The position numbers were made by a program, and so were the translations under genes. DNA of 63,911 bases, counting the filler, from Olpidium bornovanus S191 (taxonomy: Eukaryota; Fungi; Olpidiomycota), in assembly GCA_017911155.1 (NCBI GenBank). It is 28 parts of 28 records of this genome, joined end to end, with 100 filler letters (N's around TTAATTAATTAA, not from the genome) between each part and the next. Parts side by side here need not be neighbours in the genome. Positions count along the whole stretch, not along the records: positions 34,525 to 36,517 come from JAEFCI010003183.1; positions 36,618 to 38,133 come from JAEFCI010000375.1; positions 38,234 to 42,148 come from JAEFCI010011269.1; positions 42,249 to 44,065 come from JAEFCI010003976.1; positions 44,166 to 47,760 come from JAEFCI010009486.1; 23 more parts are not named here. One strand, given 5' to 3'. Numbering within the stretch: the first letter of the stretch is position 1; each line of letters begins with the position of its first letter. The notes beneath the pieces are model-generated. The model was not told the origin of the DNA, did no database searches, and saw only the letters and a list, made by a program, of their open reading frames with translations. Below, piece after piece: positions 35,386 to 46,950 of this stretch.

Positions 35386-36517
35386 CTACCACTTCTTCTT
35401 CTCCTTCTTGGCAGGCATCTCTTCTTCGGCAGGCATCTCCGCCGTAGCAGACTCCTCCTCCTTGGCGGCCTCGACCTCGAGGGTTTCGCACGGCGTCCCC
35501 TCGGAGACGGGCTCGTCAGGAGGGGGTTTCTCGGCGGTCGGGGTTTCGCAAGGCGGCTCTTCGGCGGCGGGTTCTGCGGGGACTTCAGCGGCGGGTTCTG
35601 CGGGGATTTCAGCGGTCGGGGTTTCGCAAGGCGGCTCTTCGGCGGCGGGTTCTGCGGGGATTTCAGCGGCAGTCTCCTCGGGTGTCTCTTCGGGGGGGAC
35701 TTCGGCGGAGGGCTCGGCGGGAGCATCGGCTGGGGTGTCGGCGGCGGGCTCGCCCGGGACCTCCTCGACCGGGACATCCCCTCTCGGGGCCTCCTCGATC
35801 GGTACCTCTTCGGCGAGCTCGCCCGGGACCTCCTCGACCGGGACATCCCCTCCCGGGGCCTCCCCGATCGGGACCTCCTCGCCGCAGGGCTCCCCGGTGG
35901 AGGGCTCCGCGGTGGCGGGCTCCGTGGCGGGCTCCTCCACGCCGGCGTCGTCCGCCGAAACTTCTTCGCACTCGCCCTCCTCCTCCTTCTTGGGCGGGGT
36001 GAACACGGGCTCTTCGTCGCGGGCGACCTGCGTGAAGCGCGCGCTGAACACGAGCTCGTTGCGCACGGCCAGGACGTCCTCGACGCTGATCGGCACGGGC
36101 GACTCCATGACGCTCCAGAGAACGCCGGTCGTGCACGGCGGGGTGGTCAGCGACCCGGTGTACGAGAAGAAGCTGGTGAGGTTATTGGTGGCCTCGAGGA
36201 CGGTGGAGAAGTCGATGGCGGGGAGAGGGACTTTCGCGCCGCAAGAGGGGAGGGGGAACTGGAAGACAAAAAAAAGAAAAAAAAAATAAACGTCAGCCGG
36301 AACCGCGGTGGTTTGTTGGGGGGGGGAGGGGGGTTCTTTTATCTTGAAGAAAAAAAAGAATGCCACGGGACGGAGGAGTTTTTTTTATGCCCTCCCGCTC
36401 AGGGTACTCACGTTTTGCGCCATCACCGAGATGATGTTGCCCTCCTGCGGAGTGGGGCTGACCTCGAAGAAAACGGCGAGCACGCCGGTGGTGCCGCTCG
36501 GGGACTTGCCGACCATG
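35386..36517 (-). CDS. Alpha-carbonic anhydrase, 3' part, with Pro/Glu-rich repetitive tail
   Basis: HMVGKS..GVLAVFFEV | ..FFSYTGSLTTPPCTTGVLWSVM..; intron 36259-36411; acidic repeat tail of about 200 aa. Confidence 0.9.
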
Positions 36518-36726
36518 NNNNNNNNNNNNNNNNNNNNNNNNNNNNNNNNNNNNNNNNNNNNTTAATTAATTAANNNNNNNNNNNNNNNNNNNNNNNNNNN
36601 NNNNNNNNNNNNNNNNNGCGCGGCGGAACCGGCCGGCACAGGAGCCTTTTTCGCGGCGGCGTCGGGTTTTCCGCTTGAGCGGGCGGCGTCCTAGAGGAGG
36701 AGGAAACGGGGGAAAAAAAAAAGTCA

Positions 36727-38030
36727 CGTGTAATCATGACCGACTCGGAGCCGGGCACGACTTCCATCCCCCTCTTCTCGTAAAAGCGACGCTGCTCGAC
36801 GCGGGCGTTGCACCAAAGCAGCTCCGCCCCTTTCGCGCGCGCGACCTCCGCCACGCGGTCGAGCAGCGCGGAGCCGATGCCGCGGCCGCGGACGTCCGGG
36901 TGGGTGGCGAACTTGCGGAACTGGGCCGCGACCTTGCCGGCGGAACGGGGGGAGGAGGAGGAGGAGGAGACGAAAAGCGATATGACGCCGTCGGGCGCGG
37001 CGGGGTCGCGGCCGTGCACGAAGGCGCCGAAGTGGACGCCGCCCGGGTCGCCGGGGAGCGGGACCTGCGACGGATCGTCCGGCCACAGGACGGACAAACG
37101 CAGCGGGTAGGTGGCCTCGTGCGGGATTTCGCGCAAGGTATACCAGCCGGCGGCTCCCGGCCCTCCCGCGACCGGCCCGCGGCCGCCGCGGTCGTCGTCG
37201 TACGCGCCCCAGACGACGTGTTTCGTCCGCTCCAGAACCAGGTCCCTGGTCTCCCCGGACGAGAGGTCCGCGGCGAGGGTCACCTCGTCGAACACCTCGG
37301 ACTCGGAGTGGCCGCGGAAGCGGAGCTTCGACCTGAACATTTCGATGGACGCCGCATTGCGGCGGGAGATTTTCGCGTACACGCGGTTGAGGCGGAGGTC
37401 GGTTATCGCTGCGCGGTTTCGAGCGCCGCGGGGGGGGGGGGGGGCCAAAAGAGATCAGGCCTTCAGGATTCGCCCCGGAACATGCCGTCGCGCCGCGCGC
37501 ACACCCACACACACATACCATATCTCAGCATGAGGAGCGTCGCTTCCAGCCCGACTCCTTTCCGCCGAATATTCCGTTCCGCGATCATGATCTCGATTTC
37601 TCCGACGGCCTTCCGCGACGGCAGCGCTCCGGATTTCTCGCCCTTCTCCTCCTCCCCGTCCTCCACCGAGATGAAGATGTTGACGTCCCCGACCATGACC
37701 GGGGCATCCCGGCCTTCCGCCTCTGCGAGGGCCGCCTTAAAGGACCTGGTCGAAACCTCGTGCGGCTCGATGGCAAACGGCGGGCTGTACAGAATGAAGG
37801 TGCACTTTTGCGGATCGACGTGCCACGAGTTCTGGTGGTCGAGAAAAACCGAGGGGAGCATTTCGTCAGGCAGATTTCCGTTTCTCCGGCTCTTCCCGGC
37901 CCTGCTCCTGCCGGTCTGAATCCGCCGAACCTGCATTTGATACTCTTCTTCCAAGCTCAAAGGCTCCGACGCCGTCAACTCCCTGAGCACGGGGTCTTTC
38001 ATCCACTGGTGATATCTCTCCACGTGTTCT
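36727..38030 (-). CDS. NAT9: NAT9-like N-acetyltransferase fused in frame to a second GNAT domain
   Basis: HVERYHQWMKDP..LTASEPLSLEEEYQMQ | SWHVDPQKCTFI..MVGDVNIF..GEIEIMIAE..RRKGVGLEA | YAITDL..AKISRRNAASIEMF..; same exon continues TYPLRLSVLWP..HFGAF..FRKFATHPDVRGRGIGSALL..LWCNAR..FYEKRG. Confidence 0.88.
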
Positions 38031-38082
38031 GGCCGTTCGCAAAGGTGGCATTTTTTGGCCGTCAGGAACGCAGGCGCGGCCG

Positions 38083-38118
<36 letters not shown>

Positions 38119-38365
38119 CCCCCCCCGGCGCACNNNNNNNNNNNNNNNNNNNNNNNNNNNNNNNNNNNNNNNNNNNNTTAATTAATTAANNNNNNNNNNN
38201 NNNNNNNNNNNNNNNNNNNNNNNNNNNNNNNNNCCCTCCCCCACCTCTCCACTCCGCCTCGTGTTTTTCCCTCTTGGAACGGGTCTTCCGCAGACCGGGG
38301 CTGAGCTTCCGGGGGGGTTTTTTTGTTTCTTTTTGTCTTTTGGGTCCCGCGCGGCTTACTTCAGG

Positions 38366-40109
38366 GACTTGGGTCCCGTATGACGTCGGGGTCTACATCG
38401 CTCGCAAGTACGGCATCGAAGAGGACGTCTTCCCGATCCTCAACCGCGGCGGCGGGGGCGAGGGGAACGTGAGCCAGACGGGCGGGAGCGGAAGCGTCGG
38501 GCCTCACGATCCCAGCAGACCGGGAAACTATCCGTCAGCCGCGGCCCACTCGGGGAGCTCCGGCGGCCAGCAGGCGGTGCCGTCGTCGTCGTCGTCGTCG
38601 GCCGCGCCGCAGAGCTACGCTGGCGCGTTTCCGCAGCAGCAGCAGCAACAGCAGACGACGGAGGCGCCCAAAAGCAAAAAGCGGCGGCGGGGCCTCGACG
38701 CGGGACCGGACGGCGACGATCAGCAGGGCGGCGACGGCGACGATTCGGGAGGAGAAGAGGAGGTGGAGACGAGCACCGACACGGAGAGCAACCGGGACGG
38801 GGGCGGCGGACAGGTTCCGGGGCCGCGGAGGACCTACCAGAAGTACGGCGGCCCGAGAGAGGCGGCGTCGGCCGAAACAGGGGGAGCGGGCGGCGGCGGC
38901 GGCCGCCCCGGCGAGGGCACGAGCTTGCGGACGCGGACCCAGCGGTACAACCGGCTGATGGCGCGGCGGCGGCACTGGGCGGCGCAGCTCCTGGAGCACT
39001 TCTACAGCGACAGCCCCGAGGTCCCGCGGCTGTTCCTCGACCTCCCGGACGGGTTCGACGTGGACGCGGCGATCGACGGCGAGGGCCACACGTCGCTGCA
39101 CTGGGCGGCGGCGCTCGGGCGGCAGCAGGTGGTTCGGCACATCGTCCGCACGTCGCACGCGAACGCGGCGGCGCGCAACGACCGCGGCCAGACGGCGCTG
39201 ATGCGGGCGGTGTCGTACGCGAACAGCTACATCACGCGCGGGTTCAGCGAAATCCTGTCGATGCTCCGCGAGACGCTCCCGGTCGCGGACGGCGACGGGC
39301 GGAACGTGCTGCACCACATCGCGGACACCGAGCCCGGGTCGCCGATGGCCCCGGCGGCGAGGTACTACATGGAGCAGGTCCGCGCGCTCGTCCTCGGCGA
39401 CCCGCGCTACTACGCCGAGACCGTGAACGCGGCCGACGCCGCCGGCGAGACCCCGCTGGCGCTGGCGGCCCGCGCCCGCAACGAGACCCTCGCGCGCCAG
39501 CTGCTCAGCATGGGAGCCGGCCCGGCGTCGCCGTCGCCATCGTCGTCGTCGCCGTCTCCGTCGTCGTCGCTGGCCGACGACGGCGTCCCGCGCGGCCCTG
39601 ACGCGTGGGATTACCGATACTACGCGGACGAGGACGCGCCCGGCGCCGGCGCCGGCGGCCACCAGCACCAGCACCAGCACCACCGCGGCCGCAGCCACAG
39701 CCAGCACCCGGACCACTGCGACGAAGACCGCCACGACCGCCACGACCGCCACCACCCCCCCCACCTCCACGCGCTCCGCCAGCAGCCGGACCGCGCGACG
39801 GCGAGGACGGCCGTCGTCCGGAACCGCGCGCAGAGCGGCCTCCCGCCCCGGCCCCGCCCTCCCGCGCCGGCCGACCACCACCAACACCAACACCACCACC
39901 GCCGCCGCCGCCACCGCCACCACCAAGAGCCGTACGGCGGCACGCACCCGCAGCAGCAAGCCTCGCCCGCGGCCCGCCCGAACGTGCTGTCCGAGGTCCT
40001 CAACGAAGCCACGAAGCAGCTCGTCGCGCTCGTGAACGAGCGGTTCGACTGGCTCGAAAAGCAGCTCGCAGACGTCTCGTGCGCAACCAACGGCAACGGT
40101 ACTGCCTGA
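38366..40109 (+). CDS. Mbp1/Swi4/Res/Cdc10-like SBF-MBF subunit (end of KilA-N plus ankyrin repeats), 5' truncated
   Basis: GTWVPYDVGVYIARKYGIEEDVFPIL; IDGEGHTSLHWAAALGR..NDRGQTALMRAVSYANSY..GRNVLHHIA..VNAADAAGETPLALAAR. Confidence 0.9.
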
Positions 40110-40877
40110 GAAAGCCTGCATTGTTCTTTTTTTGTAAATGAATTGATGACGAGGATGATGAAGATAATGGTGATGATAGTGAAATAAAAGTTTTTTTTTG
40201 CTCTAGACTGCCATTTCGCATCTTTCACTTCCCTCCCCTCAGCCGGGCCGAAAACCCCCGTACTGTACGACAATTGTAGCCGCCGGCCTCTCTACCTCCT
40301 CCTCCCAATCGGAAGAGTAGTCTTACTTTTTCCCTATTCTTCCTCGTACTCCCTCGTCTCCAAACCACTAGACTCCAATTCTGACTGTAAGAACACGGTT
40401 CGGACCAGGAGCTTATTTTTCTTTTCCATGTGTTTTGCTAGGAATCCCCCCCCCCTTCATTTTCCAGAAGTCAAAATTATAGTAATCTTGAGCGAACGCG
40501 TGCCGTGGTTTGAACCGATCGGCGGCGGGGGGAGGAGGGGTTGTTGTTTTGCGACCGAGCGCGTTAGAACGGGAAAGGAAGCCGAGGACGAGGCGAACGG
40601 GCGGGCGGAGTTCGCGCGTGTGCGCGTGCGCACGTAGGAGCGGAAGAGAGAGAGAGAGAGAGAGAGAGAGAAACGTGGCGCGCTCCACCCGAACCGCCGA
40701 CTGTTCTCCCTGCCCTTTTTTCCGCTTCCGTTTTCTCGCGCTCACCCTCCCGCCAGCAACCCCTCTTTCTCTCTCGCAGAGGACGAGAAGAAGAAGAGGA
40801 AGAAGAACAAGAAAAAAAAGAAGAAGAACCGCAAGCCGCGACTAAACCAAACCCCGCGCCACCCTCCCGCCGCAATC

Positions 40878-41900
40878 ATGGTAACGATCGTGTTCTTCAT
40901 CCGCGGAGAAAAGTATGCGCGATGCGTTGTGTGGGAGGAACCGGAGGAGGAAGAGGAAGACGGAGGGAGGAAGGGTTGACGGGAGTGGGACAGGCCAAGA
41001 GATTCAATCCGGCCCTCGGTCGCGGGCTGCGGAGACAGAGTGTGCAAACCCCCCGGCCTGCGCCTCACGCCGCCCCCGCCCGCTTGAGCGCAACACCCCG
41101 GGTGGGGAGTGATTTTTTTTCTTTCTTTTTCTTTGGCTGACACCTCTGCCTTTTCCCGGGTTTTGGTTCTTGGTCGCCCCTCCAAAGTCGGCCCGCAAGC
41201 AGAAGAAGAAGCGCGCCGTCCGGCAGAACTCGAACGTGTTTGCCATGTTCGACCAGAAGCAGATCGCAGAATTCAAGGAGGCGTTCTCCATGTTTGACCA
41301 CGACTCGGACGGTTTCGTCGACAAGGAGGACCTGAAGGACATGCTTGCTTCCCTCGGTGAGCGGCTTTGAATTATAAATTGCAGAAAATTTTCTTCTTCT
41401 TCTTTTTTTTGTTTTCCTTAAATCTTTTTTTGCACCCTCCGGGCAGGCCAGACGCCGACCGACGAGTACATCGACGACATGATCTCCGAAGCGCCCGGCT
41501 CGATTAACTTCACCATGTTTCTGACGCTCATGGGCGAGAAGCTCTCCGGGACAGACCCGGAGCAGGAAATCCTCCAGGCGTTCGAATGCTTCGACGAGAG
41601 GCACTCCGGACTGATCAACGCGGACGTGCTGCGCGAGTTTCTGACAACGATGGGCGACAGGTTCACGGACGAGGAGGTAAAAGAAAAAGAGCACTGGAAT
41701 CTGGGGGGCGGGAGAGGAGAAGAGGATAAAGAGGGGCGGGGGGGAAGTGAGCCGGTTTACTGAGACCTTTTCGCGTCTTTTTTTTTTTCCTCTACCGGTG
41801 ACCAAAGGTCGATGTGATGTTCAAAGGCGCTCCAGTGGACACAAAGACCAACATGTTTAACTACAGGGAGTTCGTCAGGGTTTTGAAGCACGGCGAATAG
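40878..41900 (+). CDS. RLC1: Myosin II regulatory light chain, complete, four exons
   Basis: Exons 40878-40880 (ATG only), 41188-41356, 41447-41676, 41808-41900 give [69 protein letters not shown]. Confidence 0.95.
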
Positions 41901-42248
41901 GAAGAAGCTTGTTAACCGGGTGACGAGAAACCCCCGACGGAAAAAAAAGGGAAGACCGACCGCCTCTCTTTTTCGAGCGCCGGGGGTTTTTCAAGGGGTC
42001 CGCCTTTTTTATTTATCTTTTAAGCCCCATGTGTAATAAAAACGAAACACCGAAGGTTTTTTTCTGTTGTCTCCGGAAAAGGCTTTTTTTAGATGGGGGT
42101 GGGGAGAAAGGGTAAACCGGACGTCTCCCGCGCTCATTTAACGCACGCNNNNNNNNNNNNNNNNNNNNNNNNNNNNNNNNNNNNNNNNNNNNTTAATTAA
42201 TTAANNNNNNNNNNNNNNNNNNNNNNNNNNNNNNNNNNNNNNNNNNNN

Positions 42249-42280
<32 letters not shown>

Positions 42281-42660
42281 CCTTGCTGCGACGCCGGCCG
42301 CGCAAACAGCCCCAGACCCCGGCCCTGGAAAGCGGGCCACCTAGTGCTGCTGGCGTACACGTAGAAGCCCGCTGCTCCAGTTTCTCCTTCTGTTGCGACA
42401 ACCCTCTTTCCCGATAACGCTGCACACACTTTTCACGTCGCCTGCGTCGCCCCCGCCCGGGTTTGCTGCTTCCCCTTACGTTTCGTGGCGCCGAATGGGC
42501 TTGCTGCTTCCCCGCGTTTCCTTCCCGGTGTGCCCGCGACGACTTGCCCGCTTCCGCGCGCCTTGTTCCTGGCTCTTCGGGGTGGCGCTGCACAGGATAA
42601 GCTGTGTGTCCAGAGAGGGGGGGGGAAAGGTTTTCTTGTTAGGAATTAATGGGGAACCGA

Positions 42661-42770
42661 GCTTACCGTAGCACTGCGCGCACCCGCCCGGAGATTTCCT
42701 CCTCTACGTAAAACCGGCAGATCGGCGGAATACAGAAACTCTTTGAGCTCCTCTCAAAACTCATATTCTA
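42661..42770. repeat. Dispersed ~105-bp repeat, copy 2
   Basis: About 89% identical to 20212-20322; flanked on the minus strand by a TAG acceptor and a GTAAGC donor. Confidence 0.85.
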
Positions 42771-44165
42771 CAGTTTTTGCACGGGCCAGCGTAACCTTTT
42801 TTTTTTTTGTTCCAACCCTCCATTGCGCGGTCGTATATATCTTACGGCCGCGTCAACCCGCACCCGCACCCAGGCTCAGCAAGCCCTCCAAGGTCTTCCA
42901 TTCAGAATTTCGCCTAATGTTGTACCCCAACCCCTTTTGTTGGAAAAAAGGGGGAAAGGGGGACGGACATAGCCGGTAGCGCAGACTCCTGCGGGAATCA
43001 TCCCTCCTTTCTTCACCCTGTAAATCCCGCACGCCGATGCCATACAAAACAAACCGAAAGCCTGTAGAAACTCTACAGCGTTCCAAACTGCGCAGTGCAG
43101 TCTCCGGCATCCCCGCCGTCCGCCGTCTCCGCCCTCCATCCTTGGTCCCTCCATTGTGTACTCGTCTTCCTTTGTCTCCTTTGGTTCCACGTCCGTCGTT
43201 CACCTTCCTCTCGCCCGGACCGCCTGCGACCGCTGCAGCTGCCGAGCTTCTTACGGCAAAAGCAAAGCCGGATGCCGGCACCTGGAATCTGTCATCACCC
43301 GTGTGGGCGCGGGATTCAGCACTCCGCTTCTGGAGGCGGCTTGCTGTGCCCTGCGTATGGTCGACGGAGGGCAAACGGCAGGAAAAAAAAAAAACACCGT
43401 GCGCTCGTCGAGTTTTGCTGCTTTGGGGATCTGTTGGTAAATCCTTGGAGCAAGGGCCCTCGAAATCCCAGCCCATTAAGGCTGTGTTTGCTACGCACCA
43501 CAAGGTGGTCTCAAAATCGAAGTGTAAAGTGTTCAGACGTGTGCGCATGGAGAATGCGTGGGGAAACAAATCCCAAGTCCAATGACAACGAAAAAAAGAG
43601 TTTGAGCTTGCCCAACGGCAGTCGGGGATAACGTCATTATCTGTGGTGCTTCTAAGCTCTCCCCATGCGAGACCGCTCACCGCCGAAGTCGCCCCTACCA
43701 CATCGTTTTTTTAACGTTGATGCCGCCATCCCCGTAGCGTCATTGACGATCCCGATTCTGTGTCCAGGGCCTTCCGCATGACACTTCTCAAGCGGGACGA
43801 AGCTCACGCGATGCTTCAACCCTCATCGGAAAGCCAGAAGAAATGTGCTTCATGAGCTCTCCGACGGGTTGAAAGCCAGCGGCTGGAAAAGGTCGGCGCC
43901 ATCTCCCGTTCTGCAGGAAAAAAAATCCGAGATGTTCGTATGTACATGACCAGGTGACAAGCAGATGGAAAGGGAGACTGCCGCCTCCTGACCGCTTTTC
44001 ATTTATGTGAACCTTGGTACGTCGGGTCTGCGAAGACAGTCGATATTAGCCAGAAGCACTCTATCNNNNNNNNNNNNNNNNNNNNNNNNNNNNNNNNNNN
44101 NNNNNNNNNTTAATTAATTAANNNNNNNNNNNNNNNNNNNNNNNNNNNNNNNNNNNNNNNNNNNN

Positions 44166-44893
44166 CATGGATAAACTCGGTGTTGCGTTGGGGATCAGAT
44201 AATAAACGCACTTTTTGAGGATCTTGCGAAAAGCCGTGACGTTGAGCTCCCCGAAGCGAATGGCTTTGTGCAGTGCGTCCTTGGTTTCTAGAAGAGTCTC
44301 GAAGAACGCTTCGTCCGTCTCGGGGTCCGAATGAGAGAGGCTCACGCCCGCAAGAGGCGCAGAAATTACGGGCATTGGCAGTGTCGGCGGACTCTGCTGA
44401 TGAAGATGGAAGTGTTTCTCCCGCAGTATACATACTCGCCGATCAAGCTCCGCGCACTTATAATTAAAAAACTGGTCAACTTTTTCTATTTCCCTGTCCA
44501 CAGCATACAGGAAGGCTTCAAGGGATGAGCTTTATCAGGTCGAGATGCGCATCAGGAGGAAAGGCAAATTGTGTTCATCGCCTGGGGGCACTTTCCACTA
44601 TACCTGTGCTGGAATCCCCGACCGTCCCTTCCGCCTTTTGCAGCCTTTCCGCCTGAAATGCCTGCTTGATGAGCTGTTTCAAGATTTTGTACTTCCGGGT
44701 ACCGCAAAACCGGCGCCATCGAAGACATCAAAGGGAACACGGTGACAGGCGACACGGAGGGCGATCGACAAGTCAGCCTTTCTCTGCGCGTCAGGAGTTA
44801 TCTCCGCAAGGCGATGTTCAGTTCACTCACGTTGACGTAGTTTCGCGACCATTCCGTGACCTGCGCGCGGGCAAAGGTTTTGCCGAACTTCAT
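44166..44893 (-). CDS. GDE1: SPX-domain protein, GDE1-like, 5' exons
   Basis: MKFGKTFARAQVTEWSRNYVN | YKILKQLIK.. | AFLYAVDREIEKVDQFFN..RFGELNVTAFRKILKK; close to the yeast Gde1 N-terminus, but the GDPD domain is not in the contig. Confidence 0.8.
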
Positions 44894-46302
44894 TGCCGGC
44901 AAAAAGAGCCTTTGGCGATCTCGGGTCTGCGGTCGGGCGCTGCCGGCGCTGTCTTCCGTCGCAACCCGGCGAGACTTCGGCTGTGCCGAGCTGACGGGGA
45001 AACGCGCAACGGAAGACTAGTCAGCGCGGTGCAGGGCACCGACAGAACTTAGCTCGGCACGGCAAAGCGTTCGCCACCGTGGGAGCGGGGCGGCGTGCTC
45101 GGTAGCAACAAAACGGGCCCACACTGAGGTCCGCAAGATGCCCGTCATCGACGCAAGGGGGTTCCGCCACACTTTCGCAGATGTATTCACGGTCCGCTTC
45201 GGAGCCTCACCGGCGGAGGTTGGACGGCTTATAACAACGGTTGTGGTGGCCCGTTCCTTCTGAGAACTCGAAATATCATTTCCCAAACAGCGGCCGCAGG
45301 GGTGTCGGGCGAAGGGAGCGCCGGAAGAGGGCGGGGGTGATGATGGCGGGAAGGACAGGGAAACCTTTCAATTGTAAAAATAAAAAAAAATAAAAAATAA
45401 AAAACAAAAGTAGACCAGGCACCCCTTCCTTCGACAACACAGTGTCCGCTTGCCGACTACGCTGCGCTCCCCCGCAGGAGTTGCCGTGTTCCAAATAAGG
45501 AACAACATCGGCGATGTCGCGACATAGGTAGCCGGGGGGGCATCAGGATTGTGATCGGCACCACACACATGTACACTCTAGATCAATCGCCGAATCAAAG
45601 TCGAGCAAAATGCTTTCCCGCTCTTTAAGTTTCTCATAAGGCGCATCGAGTTCCTAAGCCCCTCCCTTGGGCTTGTCAGATAGCCCTTCACTACCGGCAC
45701 GGAAGAGCCGGACTTACAGGCCTACCGTATGAAAGGAAACCGCGCCCGTAATCTGGCTGCCACATTGCAGTCGATGCCACTTCGCAACGTAGGAGACAAG
45801 AGCAGAGTAGGCGCGTCTTCGGCCAACGTCGCGGGGATTATCGCTGACTTGGCTACAACCCAGGGGCTTCGAGCAAATAGAATTCCAAGTCGCCTGCAAA
45901 TTTTCTTTCGGCTTTGCCTGCCAAGAGTTTGCAAACGGTTGCGTTCGAAGGCCGTGTTGGCGCCAAGAGCGTGTGGAGATTGAAGGAGCATTGCCTGCGG
46001 CGCCAACAGCGAGTGGGGAGACGCATGCGTCGCACAGCTACCTCAGCTGGAACAGAGTTATGGTTTCCCGAGCGACGGAATCTCACGGTATAGGTTGGTC
46101 AGGAGCGGGTCAACGACCTGCCGTGTGGAGCAAAGTGTCTCGTTTTGACGCCACCGAACACGATAAGTCGCTGTCCGCCTCCGTTCGAGAAAGCAACCGG
46201 CGGTCAGCACCGCGCAGAAGAAAGCCTTTCGCAAATTTGAAATGGCCCGACTGGAGGGCACACGGCTTATTTAGCGCCTGTGCTTCCCCCCGGGGAAAGC
46301 GG

Positions 46303-46689
46303 TCAGCGTTCCCCCAATGAAGTGACGTCTAGCACGGAAGTGCTGCTCAGCATTTCCAGCTTCCTTCGCCCAACCCGGAGCATATGCTCTATCGCCTGCA
46401 CGTCACGCGGTCCGACGGAGTCCCGACCGCGTCGGAACTCTGAACGAACCAGCTCGACGAAGCGGGGCCGCGCGTCCTGCGGCAGCGGGCCGAAGTGGTA
46501 GGGTGAGTTGGGCGGCAAACGCGAAGCTCACATCGTTGCTCGCTTTCTTTCCCCCGTGAAATTCCACGATTCGCCCTCCACGTACGGGCGTACCTCCGGC
46601 TTTGCTCTGCACGTCCTGAGCGCTGCGCGGTAGAGCGAGAGAACATCCTTCTGCAGACCGGATAGCCGCTGCGGAGGTGACGGCGGCAT
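46303..46689 (-). CDS. SDH6: LYR-motif succinate dehydrogenase assembly factor 1
   Basis: RLSGLQKDVLSLYRAALR..KPE | DARPRFVELVRSEFRR..IEHMLRVGRRKLEML; intron 46477-46593. Confidence 0.88.
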
Positions 46690-46800
46690 CGTTTCCGGAA
46701 GACGCATAAACAAGTTGCCAATGAGGAATAGCGGGCGCTTGCTCTCCGCGGGCACCCACGCAAAATGACTTGCCGCAACAGTTAGCGTGCACCCAGGACA

Positions 46801-46810
46801 GTCACGTGAC
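46801..46810. promoter_or_regulatory. Palindromic GTCACGTGAC E-box in the SDH6/SPAG17 divergent intergenic region
   Basis: Perfect 10-bp palindrome centred in the 261-bp gap between two divergent ATGs; function inferred. Confidence 0.5.
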
Positions 46811-46950
46811 CGTTAGGAGAGAGGGGCCATAAGACCGCACCCGCGCATCGGGCACAAACGCGCCGCCGCGGGCAAACACAACAAAAAATAAGATCTCTTG
46901 GAGAATAAGGCCAAACGCCGGCTTGGGCCCGCTGCCTCTCCGTCGATAAA

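Noticed and set aside
40496-40501. MCB element ACGCGT between the SBF-like gene and RLC
   Set aside because: A single hexamer in CpG-rich DNA is expected by chance.
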